A stretch of DNA of 57,721 nt from a virus (lineage: Duplodnaviria > Caudoviricetes). The DNA lies in the IMG/VR virus record IMGVR_UViG_3300033153_005042, positions 1 to 57,721 of that record; one strand, written 5' to 3'. The position numbers and the translations under genes were made by a program. This document shows, in pieces, positions 44,729 to 55,616 of the stretch. The notes beneath the pieces were generated by a model that had not been told where the DNA came from, did no database searches, and worked only from the letters and a program-made list of their open reading frames with translations. Numbering within the stretch: position 1 is the stretch's first letter; every line of letters starts with the position of its first letter.

Positions 44729-45496
44729 ATGGATGATTTTGGATTATTGGTAGCGCAATATAACGCATCACTACCAACGTTAACGGACGGAACGTTAACA
44801 GAATTGCAAGTAGACGTTAATGGACGTCTGTTAGTACAAGCAGACGTAACAGTATTAGTAGATTTTTTAGGATTGAACGGAGCAGGAGACAGCTCCAATA
44901 TTTTAATCGTAGGTACTGAAGACGGTACTCCAACAGGAACTCCTCACGTAATTCAAGTGGGAGCAAACGGAGAGATTACTGTAGTAGCTACTGATTTAGA
45001 TATCAGAGACTTGTCAGCTACTCAAGATAACGTAGCTATCAGTGACGGAACTAACACTCTGTCTATCAACGCTGATGGAAGTATCAACACAGTGACTAGT
45101 GCAGGAGTAACAGGTACTACTGCTTACGCAGTAACAGACGCACTAGCGGCGGCTGGAGACGGACTAGCTACCATCACAGCAACAGCAACACCTTGGGTAA
45201 CAGTAGCCAGTTTGGCAGTGCCTGCAGGAACTACTGCATTGCTATTTGGATACCAGTGGAGTTGTGATGATAATGCTCAAGTACGAGTCATTACTGATGA
45301 CACTACTGACATCAAAGTTTACAAGACAGGACTAAACAGCTCAGCAGAGCCTGGATACAGCGAACACTTTTCTTCCGAAGGTAGAATTGAAGTGGCAGGA
45401 GCTACCAGTTTAGAGCTGAAGGTACAGATTAAGAAGAGGAAAGCTGCTGGCGGAGACGCTAACGGTACAGGATCAATGCACCTTAGAACAGTATAA
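44729..45496 (+). CDS. Putative virion structural/fibre protein
   Basis: Thr/Ala/Gly-rich; LQVDVNGRL, DLDIRDL, LSINADGSIN. Confidence 0.6.
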   Translation: MDDFGLLVAQYNASLPTLTDGTLTELQVDVNGRLLVQADVTVLVDFLGLNGAGDSSNILIVGTEDGTPTGTPHVIQVGANGEITVVATDLDIRDLSATQDNVAISDGTNTLSINADGSINTVTSAGVTGTTAYAVTDALAAAGDGLATITATATPWVTVASLAVPAGTTALLFGYQWSCDDNAQVRVITDDTTDIKVYKTGLNSSAEPGYSEHFSSEGRIEVAGATSLELKVQIKKRKAAGGDANGTGSMHLRTV

Positions 45497-45500
45497 TAAG

Positions 45501-45520
45501 CTGAGGGCTTTCGCCCTCAG
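45501..45520 (+). terminator. Hairpin
   Basis: CTGAGGGC-TTTC-GCCCTCAG; weak T-tract. Confidence 0.5.
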
Positions 45521-45532
45521 TTACGAGGACTT

Positions 45533-45892
45533 ATGATACAAGACAACGAACTTAATGTCAAAGAGTTTAAAGACTTTTTTTGTAATTTGGAGTGGATAAA
45601 AGTACCGAGAACTTTATCAAACGAAACTTCGGATTATTTCTACGTAGGCACTTATGAAACAGAAGATAGAAAAGTACACGTTTCGGTAAGACCTTCAATG
45701 AGAATGCAGATAACAGACACCAATAAAAAGTGTACTAAGAACGGAGACACTCCACTAGACACTTATAACGGAAGATTTTACCACTACTCAACTTCAGCAG
45801 AAGTTTTGGTAGAAAAATCACTAATAAATAAGATTGAGTCCGTAGCAAAAGAATTACCAAAACAAAAAAACCAGACAGTTAGTTGGGAGTAG
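45533..45892 (+). CDS. Hypothetical protein
   Basis: 119 aa. Confidence 0.6.
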   Translation: MIQDNELNVKEFKDFFCNLEWIKVPRTLSNETSDYFYVGTYETEDRKVHVSVRPSMRMQITDTNKKCTKNGDTPLDTYNGRFYHYSTSAEVLVEKSLINKIESVAKELPKQKNQTVSWE

Positions 45893-46230
45893 TTATGGGA
45901 GATTTCAATGATTTCGACCTAGAGATAGAAAACTTAAGAGGATCTACTCCAGAGTCATTTATAACTACAATAACCACAGCTGGATCACCAGTAACGGTTT
46001 CTCCTTCTTCTGGAGATAGTATAAAAGTAGCCTACGTAAACGTACCTTTGATTGGTCCGAACTCAACAAACAACACAATAAACCGATACATATTATATAG
46101 TACTGATTCTGGCACAACATACCACACACTACGAGTGAACGAATCAATAAATATTCCTGGAGTCTTTCAAGATCTTAGGATAGACTCTAGTCATAATGGT
46201 ATGAAAGTAGAAATAGAGATGAGGTCTTAA
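45883..46230 (+). CDS. Putative structural protein
   Basis: Beta-rich; start probably MGDFND. Confidence 0.5.
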   Translation: MGVVMGDFNDFDLEIENLRGSTPESFITTITTAGSPVTVSPSSGDSIKVAYVNVPLIGPNSTNNTINRYILYSTDSGTTYHTLRVNESINIPGVFQDLRIDSSHNGMKVEIEMRS

Positions 46231-46721
46231 TGTCTGAATTCTCAGGATTCAAAAAGAAGAAAATACAAATAGCAGAAGAAACCCCGTTTGACAACAGTAC
46301 TAATGGGTTTATTGCCAATGAGACACAATCCGCAATAGAAGAGGTAAACCAAAACTCAATAACATCAGCCTCCCCAGGTTTTGGGTTCGGAAGAGCTAGT
46401 AGAGTTAATACTGGTACTTGGTTACAGTGCGAGTCAGTACCTTCAAACAAAGCTGGTAGGCACGTATACATAAACAACGCAAAAGTAGTGTCAGTGTTCG
46501 TATCTTCAGAAAACATAGATACTTTTGATATAAGTGTGTACCATCACACTGGAGATGAGACTAATCTAACGTACTTGGGAACCGTATCTGTAGTAGCATC
46601 CAGAGGATTAACAGCGACAGTTAATTGGACTGTTCCAACAAATACACAACTAGCATTAAAACTTTCTTCAGGCTCAGGTCGTAATTTAGTGTGTGGACTA
46701 GAACTATCAGGTACTAACTAA
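46230..46721 (+). CDS. Putative fibre/whisker-associated protein
   Basis: AEETPFDNSTNGFIANETQSAIEEV fibre-type motif. Confidence 0.5.
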   Translation: MSEFSGFKKKKIQIAEETPFDNSTNGFIANETQSAIEEVNQNSITSASPGFGFGRASRVNTGTWLQCESVPSNKAGRHVYINNAKVVSVFVSSENIDTFDISVYHHTGDETNLTYLGTVSVVASRGLTATVNWTVPTNTQLALKLSSGSGRNLVCGLELSGTN

Positions 46722-47785
46722 TGAGTAAAATAGTAAAAAACGTAACTGCGTCAGACATAACAATATCGGACACTGGAGTAACAATATCTGCCAACTCTCA
46801 AATAACTATACCACCAGTAGATTACTTATTGTGGGCAGAGAGTTCAAACGTAATTACTCACATAGGCTCAAGCGACTTAGTAGTAAGTGACGGGTCTTAC
46901 GACCTTTCTATATCAGACGGCACAGACCTAATAAAAGGTTTATTTACAAAAGAAGTAAAACTGACTGACGGTAACACAACAATAACTTTTATTGACGATA
47001 ACGGAATTCCTAGAATTCCAGTAGACGCTAATGTAACTGCGATTGTGGAACCCTCTGAATTTTATTTTAGCGTTGTTCAAGGAAATGTTTCAGGACATAC
47101 TGGACACACTACTTACGGAAGAATTCCAGAGTTAGACATAAACGAAGTCCACGAAGTAACTCCATTCGGAACTGTTAACTGGCTAACGTCAGCAGAAATA
47201 GTACAAATATCATCGGACAGCATCAACGACACATCTGCAGGAACAGGACTTAGAACAGCCACAATTTATGGATTAGACGACAACCACGTAGAACAATTCG
47301 AAGTTATAACTCTTGATGGAACAACTTTAGTAGACTCAGTGAACACTTACTTACGAGTCAATATGGTGGTAGGAGAGGGCAAAGGATCTTTAGAAAAAAA
47401 CGAAGGTACTATAAAACTCCAAGCTAAAACATCTTTACATACACTAGCTCAAATAGAACCTGAAAAAGGTGTGACAGAACAATTAGCGTTCACCATACCT
47501 GCAGGAAAAACCTGCTACATAACTAACTTACGAGCTTCTATTACAGCTTCTATAGGAACTGGACCAAAAGAAGGGCTACTACAGTTTTGGGCAAGATCTC
47601 CAGGAACTGTTTGGAGGATGTTGGCTAGTGAAGGTTTGACTAGTAATGGAGGCCCTGCCTGGTTTAACCCTATGATGCCGTTAGTATTACCTGAGAAGAC
47701 AGACGTTAAAATGGTAGCTGCATCAAGACAGAATAACTCCCAGATAACTTCTATAACACAGTACGTGATGGTGGAAAATGCGTAA
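46721..47785 (+). CDS. Putative virion structural protein
   Basis: ISSDSINDTSAGTGLRTATIYGLD motif; 354 aa, beta-rich. Confidence 0.55.
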   Translation: MSKIVKNVTASDITISDTGVTISANSQITIPPVDYLLWAESSNVITHIGSSDLVVSDGSYDLSISDGTDLIKGLFTKEVKLTDGNTTITFIDDNGIPRIPVDANVTAIVEPSEFYFSVVQGNVSGHTGHTTYGRIPELDINEVHEVTPFGTVNWLTSAEIVQISSDSINDTSAGTGLRTATIYGLDDNHVEQFEVITLDGTTLVDSVNTYLRVNMVVGEGKGSLEKNEGTIKLQAKTSLHTLAQIEPEKGVTEQLAFTIPAGKTCYITNLRASITASIGTGPKEGLLQFWARSPGTVWRMLASEGLTSNGGPAWFNPMMPLVLPEKTDVKMVAASRQNNSQITSITQYVMVENA

Positions 47786-48383
47786 TATACAATACAACGA
47801 TTTTACAGATTACATAACCGCTACTACATCTCACGCAAAAGTTAGGTACATAGAATCAGAAGGAAGTTATTATATACACCTGTCTGACAAAGGCGTAGAA
47901 ATATCAACAGAGATAAGTCCAAGACAAACGGCAGACATAACAGACTTTGAGACTAACTTTAAACCGTTAGCAAACCAATCTATATACACCGTAGTAGAGG
48001 CTCTACCTGCTCCAGCAGGGTTCTCATTCGAAGGGAATAGGACTCACGTAGGATCAGCAACGAACGAAACTATAACTGTTGATTACACCGTACCAGCAGA
48101 AAGATACCTTACTGGAGTAATGGTAAAAGGGTTCGGAACGCATTGGGAAGACCTAGCAACATTCTCCATAGTAATGCCAGCAGCACACGCAGGAAACCCT
48201 ACAGAGAACGAAATAACAGTAAATACTTTCGCACCAACTTGGGCTATCAGCGACGACCTACAACACTTAGATATTTATAGGGCAAAGGTGCCAGCAGGCA
48301 TGTTAATAAGAGTTGAGTATACTACAAGTAGTACTACTGCAGTAAACTTTTGGGTAAACACCTTCCTACATGAGAGAACTTAA
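47778..48383 (+). CDS. Putative virion structural protein
   Basis: DFETNFKP motif, beta-rich. Confidence 0.5.
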   Translation: MRNIQYNDFTDYITATTSHAKVRYIESEGSYYIHLSDKGVEISTEISPRQTADITDFETNFKPLANQSIYTVVEALPAPAGFSFEGNRTHVGSATNETITVDYTVPAERYLTGVMVKGFGTHWEDLATFSIVMPAAHAGNPTENEITVNTFAPTWAISDDLQHLDIYRAKVPAGMLIRVEYTTSSTTAVNFWVNTFLHERT

Positions 48384-48619
48384 TGAAAAAAGAATGCGAA
48401 CTATGTAAGTACTTCTGGAACGTGTTGATAGCTATTGACCAACTAGCAAATACTATATTTCTTAGGGGTGACCCAGATGAAACGATTTCTTCTAACGCAG
48501 GAAAAAAACAACACAAAGCAAGATGGGCCAAAACATTATGTTGGCTGTTGAATAAATTAGACACAAATCACTGCAAAAAATCAATAGAATTAGATGAGGG
48601 CGATGATGGCATCGTATAA
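48383..48619 (+). CDS. Small phage protein (IAIDQLAN...PDETISS family)
   Basis: Motif I recall from proteins near tail and lysis genes. Confidence 0.6.
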   Translation: MKKECELCKYFWNVLIAIDQLANTIFLRGDPDETISSNAGKKQHKARWAKTLCWLLNKLDTNHCKKSIELDEGDDGIV

Positions 48620-48767
48620 CAGAACTACAACGAGAGTAAAAAACAACAAGAAAAACACTGTACAAAGACTATTAAAAATAAACATAGTATTAACTATTTT
48701 TATACTCTTATCACACCCCACTATAGTATCCTTAGTTAAGGGTATAATAGCAGAAATACAGAGATAA
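48606..48767 (+). CDS. 53-aa membrane protein
   Basis: Manual translation: basic N-terminus plus INIVLTIFILLS. Confidence 0.4.
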   Translation: MASYNRTTTRVKNNKKNTVQRLLKINIVLTIFILLSHPTIVSLVKGIIAEIQR

Positions 48768-48821
48768 TACATTGTTTTAGTGTATATAGACTAAGTTATA
48801 AGGACGTATTCGAGGGACTAC

Positions 48822-49010
48822 ATGAAACGAGAAGTGCTAGTAGATTTGGAAGCTTTGAACGATATTACTAAGTATATGGTAAACAGGCCTTATAAAGAAG
48901 TGGTAGGACTTTTAGATAATCTAAAGTCCAGTATAAGAGAGATTCCAGATGAAAAAGAAACCAAGAAAAAACAAGATTACACCATCAAAACAGCTCAAGA
49001 AAGAAGTTAA
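48822..49010 (+). CDS. Hypothetical protein
   Basis: RPYKEV motif, 62 aa. Confidence 0.55.
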   Translation: MKREVLVDLEALNDITKYMVNRPYKEVVGLLDNLKSSIREIPDEKETKKKQDYTIKTAQERS

Positions 49011-49081
49011 CTGGGAGGATTTAAACGTCCTTAGCGAAGACGCTAGCAGTACTTTAGGGGAGCAGGATACGGAATCAAAAG

Positions 49082-49600
49082 ATGAGCGACCAACAGACTA
49101 ACGTAGAAACCAAATACGCCCTACAAGCTCAGAGAACGGAGTTCGAACTCTCCAAACTCAACGATAAGTACGAAGAGCACGTAGAGTTATTTAAGTCTCA
49201 TACAGAAGATGATAAAAAGACTAACCAGACTCATATTGACATATTAACTAAGGTATCTGATCAAGTAGAGTTTACTCAGAAATGTTTAGATAACTTGAAC
49301 AATAAATTAGAACTTAGTACACAAAAGCTTCAGTCTGAGATTGAGAAAATCAATCACCTAGACGAACAACAGAATAAGATATTGGACGAACATATTGCTG
49401 GAGTTAATACTCTCAAAGATATACTAGCAGTACAGAAAGAAGAAGTTCGATTATTAGAGAAGTCAATAAACCTTAAAATAACTGCTTTAGAAAAACCTGC
49501 AGTCTGGTTGAGTACTACTAGCAAAGTATTACTTGCTTTTGGAGCAGCAGCAGGAGCTGTAACATTAATCTTGAAACTAATAGAGAAATTTAATGGCTAA
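49082..49600 (+). CDS. Coiled-coil protein with C-terminal TM (holin-like architecture)
   Basis: Long heptads, then VLLAFGAAAGAVTLILKLI. Confidence 0.5.
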   Translation: MSDQQTNVETKYALQAQRTEFELSKLNDKYEEHVELFKSHTEDDKKTNQTHIDILTKVSDQVEFTQKCLDNLNNKLELSTQKLQSEIEKINHLDEQQNKILDEHIAGVNTLKDILAVQKEEVRLLEKSINLKITALEKPAVWLSTTSKVLLAFGAAAGAVTLILKLIEKFNG

Positions 49601-50348
49601 AGTAATAAGCTCAACAACAGGCACAAGAATAGAGCCTTTGGACACATACAAATTTATTCGTGGTACTACAGGTACTTTCAAAGTGATGTTCCATAGTGAC
49701 GGAAAACCTACAACAGTTTCTGTAGGAACTAAACCGACAATAGTCATACTAAAACCATCCTTCCTTAATAAATCAGGAGCTGGGCCAGCTATAGTAGCTA
49801 CTATAGAAGGTGAGTTAGTAGCAGGACAAGAATACGAATACAAGTTTGATTGGGAGATCCCACCATCAATAGAACCACTAAACAATTTCGTAGTTAGGTA
49901 CCAAGCCACTATAGGAGCTATAACTAACATTTTCGGAGACGAGTTCTTTGAGATAGTTTCAGAATTAGGTATGATATCTATTAAGACTGCAGGGTACGCA
50001 ACTATTTCAGACGTACGCTCAAAGAAGTTCAACATAGATGACTACATGCCAGTAGCAATTAAGAAAGACCTCGACGCTAGAAACTCTATGATACAATCTC
50101 ATATTGACGACGCAACTAGTAAGCTTAGAGAAGAGATGCCACTATTCAAACAAAGAGGTAACACAGAAAACTACAGACTCTTTGTAATTTATTATACAGT
50201 ATGGAGCCTTTTGTTAGCTTCTAGAGGAGAAGACGGAAGTTCAGTATCCGACAGAAACTTACAATACTGGAGAACTGAGTGGAAACAAATACTGAACCAA
50301 GAGAAACGTAAGGGCGGCATACAAGGAATCCCTCTAGGACGTGGTTAG
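49593..50348 (+). CDS. Putative head-tail adaptor with N-terminal beta domain
   Basis: GYATISDVR begins a helical adaptor-like domain; gene position. Confidence 0.5.
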   Translation: MAKVISSTTGTRIEPLDTYKFIRGTTGTFKVMFHSDGKPTTVSVGTKPTIVILKPSFLNKSGAGPAIVATIEGELVAGQEYEYKFDWEIPPSIEPLNNFVVRYQATIGAITNIFGDEFFEIVSELGMISIKTAGYATISDVRSKKFNIDDYMPVAIKKDLDARNSMIQSHIDDATSKLREEMPLFKQRGNTENYRLFVIYYTVWSLLLASRGEDGSSVSDRNLQYWRTEWKQILNQEKRKGGIQGIPLGRG

Positions 50349-50357
50349 GATAAACAA

Positions 50358-51653
50358 ATGACAAAACTAACCATGACTTCTGACGTAAAGAAATTAGAAA
50401 AACAGCTAAAGTTATACGAGAAGAGATTAACACAAAATATACAAAAAAAAACTGAAGAAGCATTGAACAGAACAGTAAAGAAACTCAAAGCTCAACTAAG
50501 GATTATATACAACGACAGCATTAGATCCTCAACCAGTACGCTAGCCTCCGCCCCCCAGTCCACAGCACAAGAGATAGCTGAAATATCCACTCTAGGAAGT
50601 TCTAAGAGTATAGGAGAATCTGGAGAGTTTTACAGTGACGCAAGCAGTAATATCATCAAAGCTCATTTAGTGAATACTGGTACTAATAGCTCTAAGAGTG
50701 GTAACATAGTTTCCAGAGTTAGAAGTATTATAGAAGAAGGCGACACTTACGAAGACCATTTAGAGAATTTTAAAAGTAGCGTTTTAGAGAAGATATTCGC
50801 CATCCAACAATCGGACGGGAACTACAAATATTTCATCATACCAAAAGGCAGTGGGTTAGAAGACGACGTTATGGACAACGTAAAAATATTTTGTTCTTCT
50901 TATATTGATAATACCAACTCACTAGTGGAAACAGACGGCGGAGAATTAGTAAGAAAAGGTACTGCAGCAGGTAGAGAGAAGTTTGAGAAAGATAAGAACA
51001 GAGGAGACGAACCTTTCACAGAGTTCACACTAAAAGAAAAAGCATTCAAACTAATACAAGAAAGAGGCACAGACGTAACGGAAATCATAACCAACGTCCA
51101 GTACGGAGAGTACACTAAAGCTTCTGAGTTAGCAAAACAATTAGTAGCCAAAAAGATGGCACCAATGCAGGCTGACTATTTAGACAAAACTACTACTAGA
51201 ATGGCAAAAGGTGTAGACCTTTCAAGTGACCAAGCCGCACTAGGAAAAGGTAACAAAAGTATCAGCGGACTCACAGTTAAGATACAAAGATACAAAGGAA
51301 CTGGAGCTATTTTAGCTTACGACGTAGTTATAAAAGCTACAGGAGAAGAGTTCTCAATAGAACATAACGGCAGCAACAGCGGTGATATGTGGAACCTCAA
51401 GGAAGGCAACTACGACACTTCAGTATTAAAAGCGCCAGACGACTCTTTCCCAACAAAAAAAGCCGCATTAGCTTATTTAGAACCAAACGTACAACAAGAA
51501 CACCTACTTACTAAAGCAGAAAAATTAGACAAACTATCAAAAGATATATCTAGAGAAGTTAATATATGGACAAGAGAAACTAAAGGTGTTTTAGAGAGAG
51601 AACTATCACTAGCTATAAACAGAGCTATGAAAGAATTTAACGGAAAAAGGTAA
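50358..51653 (+). CDS. Putative neck/tail-completion protein
   Basis: Position only; 431 aa. Confidence 0.4.
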   Translation: MTKLTMTSDVKKLEKQLKLYEKRLTQNIQKKTEEALNRTVKKLKAQLRIIYNDSIRSSTSTLASAPQSTAQEIAEISTLGSSKSIGESGEFYSDASSNIIKAHLVNTGTNSSKSGNIVSRVRSIIEEGDTYEDHLENFKSSVLEKIFAIQQSDGNYKYFIIPKGSGLEDDVMDNVKIFCSSYIDNTNSLVETDGGELVRKGTAAGREKFEKDKNRGDEPFTEFTLKEKAFKLIQERGTDVTEIITNVQYGEYTKASELAKQLVAKKMAPMQADYLDKTTTRMAKGVDLSSDQAALGKGNKSISGLTVKIQRYKGTGAILAYDVVIKATGEEFSIEHNGSNSGDMWNLKEGNYDTSVLKAPDDSFPTKKAALAYLEPNVQQEHLLTKAEKLDKLSKDISREVNIWTRETKGVLERELSLAINRAMKEFNGKR

Positions 51654-51656
51654 ACA

Positions 51657-53087
51657 ATGTCGGTAAGAATATTTAAAGACATAGAAGAAGCGTTAGCAAG
51701 GGAAGTGAGAAGGCTTACCTATCACGACCAAGTAACAGCTACTGACACCGTACTGCAAGACGCTTTCGACCCTTTTACTGGAGAGGTAGTAAGTATACCA
51801 GTAGAACCACAATTCTACGACTCAAGCGCAGATACACAAAGCATTGATTACCCTAATATATTCATTAAGCTACTACGTACTAGAGAAGACAGATTCTCAA
51901 AAAGAGTGACGCCTCAATACGGAAGAGATATATTAGTACCAGTAGCATCAGCTCCAAAAGCATACGAAATAGTAGCTAACGGAGTTTCACAAACTGTTAC
52001 CCCAGGGAACGACTTAATAACGCCCCTGTTCAAAATACTAAAAGTACAACCAGGACACTTGTTACGAATACTTAACGGAACTAACCAAGGAACGTATACT
52101 ATCGCTAGTACTACCCTTGATAGTGGTGGCAGCCATACAATCTCCGTTGACAACGTATTACTAACTAGTTTATCTGAAGTATTTTTCGACTCCATTACAA
52201 GGGATATTATTTTTCAAGAAGATACCGATTTAAATACGATTAAAGCTGGAGACGTCTTTACTGATAACTCTTTAAACACTTTTAACGTAATTTCGGCTGA
52301 CCCGATCAATAATAGAATTGTAATAGACGGAAGCACAGCCCCAGACCTAAACAGCGGAGGAAACTTAGCTAGGACTGGAGATGTTTTTATTAGTGACTTA
52401 GATTTAGTGAGGTATTTGGTCTTAGACCCTACCAAACCAATTCAAGTTCAAACTCCAGGAGGACTCTGTAACGCTACTAGCGAATTTTCAGGCACTAGTC
52501 CTTCTATACCATTAGATATGTATTACCTCATTAGGATAGATTCCAAAGAAAGGCAAACACATATCGAAATTTTAAATAGGATGTGGGAAGAGTTTAATCC
52601 TCCTAGAACAGGGCTACCAGTGGTAGTTAGAAGTTCTAAGAGCGCAGACACTTTACTCACAGAAGACGTTCCTACTGGTGGCAGCCAGACCATTACTGTT
52701 AAAGATATCAGTAAAATTAACGTTGGAGATCCTATAGTATTATTTGACGAACTGACACCGAGTAAGGACACCAGTTCAGAAGGTTTTGAAGATTTGTTCT
52801 CAACTTACGTAACAGGTAAAGTAGGTACGAATCAATTACAACTACAAGACGTAGTTCCAGAAACATTCACTGTCAATAATATAGCTCGTGCAGTCACACA
52901 TACTACGACGCAAATACTAATGTTTCATTTTGTAGACCACAAAACTAGAGACGTAGAATCAGCTCAGTACTGGGTACACGAGTTTACTTTTTGGGTACAA
53001 GCTACAATAGATAGGTTGGGAGACGCTGAAAAAACTACTACTGTGACAGACATAGACGCCGACATAGAAATAGGCGTAGACTGTTAA
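51657..53087 (+). CDS. Putative tail terminator with large insertions
   Basis: DYPNIFIKL...PLDMYYLI...FTFWVQA core directly before the sheath gene. Confidence 0.5.
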   Translation: MSVRIFKDIEEALAREVRRLTYHDQVTATDTVLQDAFDPFTGEVVSIPVEPQFYDSSADTQSIDYPNIFIKLLRTREDRFSKRVTPQYGRDILVPVASAPKAYEIVANGVSQTVTPGNDLITPLFKILKVQPGHLLRILNGTNQGTYTIASTTLDSGGSHTISVDNVLLTSLSEVFFDSITRDIIFQEDTDLNTIKAGDVFTDNSLNTFNVISADPINNRIVIDGSTAPDLNSGGNLARTGDVFISDLDLVRYLVLDPTKPIQVQTPGGLCNATSEFSGTSPSIPLDMYYLIRIDSKERQTHIEILNRMWEEFNPPRTGLPVVVRSSKSADTLLTEDVPTGGSQTITVKDISKINVGDPIVLFDELTPSKDTSSEGFEDLFSTYVTGKVGTNQLQLQDVVPETFTVNNIARAVTHTTTQILMFHFVDHKTRDVESAQYWVHEFTFWVQATIDRLGDAEKTTTVTDIDADIEIGVDC

Positions 53088-53119
53088 TTTAACTTAAAAT
53101 AATTGGAGAACAATAAAAA

Positions 53120-54913
53120 ATGGCAATACTTAACACTAATGTTGGACCAGAACGAGTACAAACGTTGGACCAACCTTTAGGAGTAGTGCAAGTACCTGGA
53201 GCAGGTACTGCAGTTGCTGGTATTCTAATTTCCTCTTCTAAAGCTGGAGCACCTTTAAACGCTCCGACAAGAGTACAAAGTTTAACTGACTTTGTTGATA
53301 CTTTTGGAGACGCTGACGAAGTTTCTGGAGATGGGTACTACGCAGTAAAAGGATTTTTTGATAACGCAGGTACGGGAAGCACTGCTGTAATTGTGCATGT
53401 AGGAACTACTCCTACAGCATCAGATTGGATTGGCGACGGAATGTCTACAGGACTAAGAGCATTGGATTCTGTAGATGACCTTACTTTGGTAATGGTTCCT
53501 GGACTACCCTTAGAAACAGCGTACTTAGTACACCCACAAGTAATCGATTATAGTGAGACTGTTAGAGCAGAGTTTGGCGCAGCCTTAACTACTGTGTTTT
53601 CTTTAGTTTCTATTCCAGACGCTATTAGTTCAGCTCAATCTGACGAATTAGTAACAAGCTTACCTTTGAACAGCGTAAACCCAGCAGGAGATAACTTCGA
53701 CTTAGCAGTAGGTACTACAACACTAGGTAGCAAAGCGGAAGCAACAGTGGAAATCAATTCTTCAGGCACAGTAGCGTCGGTAGATATGGTTACTGGAGGG
53801 CCTACGACTACTGTCTCCGTTAATAGCGGCGTCTCTGTTTCACCCAGCCAGCTTCGGGACATGTTAGTAGCACAAATAAACTTATCTTTAGGTAGCTTAG
53901 TCACTGCGACCCCCGAAGCAACGACTAAAATACTCATAGAAGTAAACACGACTGGTAGTGCTGGAAACAACTTCTCCGTCGTAGCTCTCACTAACACAAA
54001 CGTTATACAGCCTTTTTCCGGAGGTGTAGACGGAAGTATTACTCCTGAAGACTTGTCAAACGTTACTCCAGGAATGGTAGTTACAAACACTGCTGATGAT
54101 TTTATCGCAGTGGTTATTGCAGTAGATGACATACTAGATACTGTAACAATCGCAGTAGACCCTACAACTTCTTTCGACGCTGACAGCTTGGTACATATAT
54201 CAACACCATCAGCAATTACGTACAAAGAAACCGTAGTGAACAACCCTTCAAGGTTTGCAGCATGGTACTACAACACACTAACTGTCCTTGACTCCTCTAC
54301 AGGAGCAGCAGACGGAGCAACAGTAACAGTAGACCCAGTCGGTCACGTTGCTGGAGTAATGTCTAGAATGGATTCCAATCTAGGAATTGGAGGAGTTTCT
54401 CACGCACCTGCAGGAATTAAGTACGCAGGTATTGCAGGTATCCAAGGACTAAGACTTCAGATTTCTGAAAGACTAGACGGCGGAGCATTACGTTTGAACT
54501 TTATCAACCGTATTACTTCTTTCCCTGGATCAGGTAATGTTATCTTTGGAGGCTATACAGCTGACTCAGGAACAACTCCAGCACTAACTGCAGACGAGCA
54601 GTTAATTCAAGTTATGAGAACTATACAATTTATTAAAGCTTCTTTAGACATAGGTCTGAGATCTTTCCTTTGGGAAAACTTTAGTCCTGATACACAAGCT
54701 CAAGTAGCAGCGTCTATTCAATCTTTCCTTAGAAACAACGGTCATTTGTTTCCTGCAGGATTGGCAGAAGCTCAACAGTTTAAAGTAATTTCTGTAGAAG
54801 CTACTCAAGACGAACTTGATTTAGGGTTATTGAAAGTAAGAATTCAACTGAGACCTAACAAAGCAGTAAGGTTTATTGAAATCAACTTAGAATACCCAAT
54901 CCCAGTAGCATAA
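53120..54913 (+). CDS. Tail sheath protein
   Basis: PTRVQSLTDFVDTFG, KGFFDNAG, GHVAG, SHAPAG, LRPNKAVRFIEI. Confidence 0.9.
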   Translation: MAILNTNVGPERVQTLDQPLGVVQVPGAGTAVAGILISSSKAGAPLNAPTRVQSLTDFVDTFGDADEVSGDGYYAVKGFFDNAGTGSTAVIVHVGTTPTASDWIGDGMSTGLRALDSVDDLTLVMVPGLPLETAYLVHPQVIDYSETVRAEFGAALTTVFSLVSIPDAISSAQSDELVTSLPLNSVNPAGDNFDLAVGTTTLGSKAEATVEINSSGTVASVDMVTGGPTTTVSVNSGVSVSPSQLRDMLVAQINLSLGSLVTATPEATTKILIEVNTTGSAGNNFSVVALTNTNVIQPFSGGVDGSITPEDLSNVTPGMVVTNTADDFIAVVIAVDDILDTVTIAVDPTTSFDADSLVHISTPSAITYKETVVNNPSRFAAWYYNTLTVLDSSTGAADGATVTVDPVGHVAGVMSRMDSNLGIGGVSHAPAGIKYAGIAGIQGLRLQISERLDGGALRLNFINRITSFPGSGNVIFGGYTADSGTTPALTADEQLIQVMRTIQFIKASLDIGLRSFLWENFSPDTQAQVAASIQSFLRNNGHLFPAGLAEAQQFKVISVEATQDELDLGLLKVRIQLRPNKAVRFIEINLEYPIPVA

Positions 54914-54916
54914 AGT

Positions 54917-54940
54917 ACAGGCCCTTTCGAGGGCCTGTTT
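54917..54940 (+). terminator. Hairpin after the sheath gene
   Basis: ACAGGCCCT-TTCG-AGGGCCTGT-TT. Confidence 0.6.
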
Positions 54941-54971
54941 ACAACCACACAACTAAACGGAGATTAAATAA

Positions 54972-55568
54972 ATGGCAAGATCAGCAGCACTAGAACCTTT
55001 AGAAAAGTTTAGGTTTAGAGTAACACTAAGCGGAGCAACTGCAGATTCAGGCTCAGCAGCTACTGCTGGAACTGTAGCAGGATTCCACGACGTACAATTA
55101 CCAAAAAGAACTACCAACAAAGGCACTTATAGAGAAGGTGATGACAATGACGTCAGTCAATTGTTTGCTGGACTGAGTTCTATGGAAGATATAGTATTAA
55201 GTAGAGGTTTAGTACCTTTCAAGACAGCTACCCCAAACGCACTGTATGAGTGGATGAGCGCAATACACAAACCATCAGCAGGAAACAAAGCCAGAACAGC
55301 AGACGCAGCATCGCACGAATATAGAAAAGACGTCACTATCACAATGTTAGATAGAGAAGGAAAAGAAGCTAGAAAGTGGAAACTACATAATGCGTGGCCT
55401 GTAAATTTTGTTCCTGGCTCAGACCTAAACGCTGGGGAAGATGGAGAAAAGTCTCTAGAGCAGTTAACATTAGCTTACGAAGATTTTGAAGAAATTAATG
55501 CAGGAGGTTCAGAGTCAGCCACTGTTTCAAGCTCACTACCATCCACCACCCCAACAACTGGCGGATAA
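54972..55568 (+). CDS. Tail tube protein (T4 gp19-like) 1
   Basis: FRFRV, YREG, IVLSRG, RKDVTITMLD, NAWPV, EQLTLAYE. Confidence 0.88.
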   Translation: MARSAALEPLEKFRFRVTLSGATADSGSAATAGTVAGFHDVQLPKRTTNKGTYREGDDNDVSQLFAGLSSMEDIVLSRGLVPFKTATPNALYEWMSAIHKPSAGNKARTADAASHEYRKDVTITMLDREGKEARKWKLHNAWPVNFVPGSDLNAGEDGEKSLEQLTLAYEDFEEINAGGSESATVSSSLPSTTPTTGG

Positions 55569-55616
55569 CCATAACGTAGTAACGGACGTTTCATAGAGTT
55601 ATTTTAGAGGTATTAA

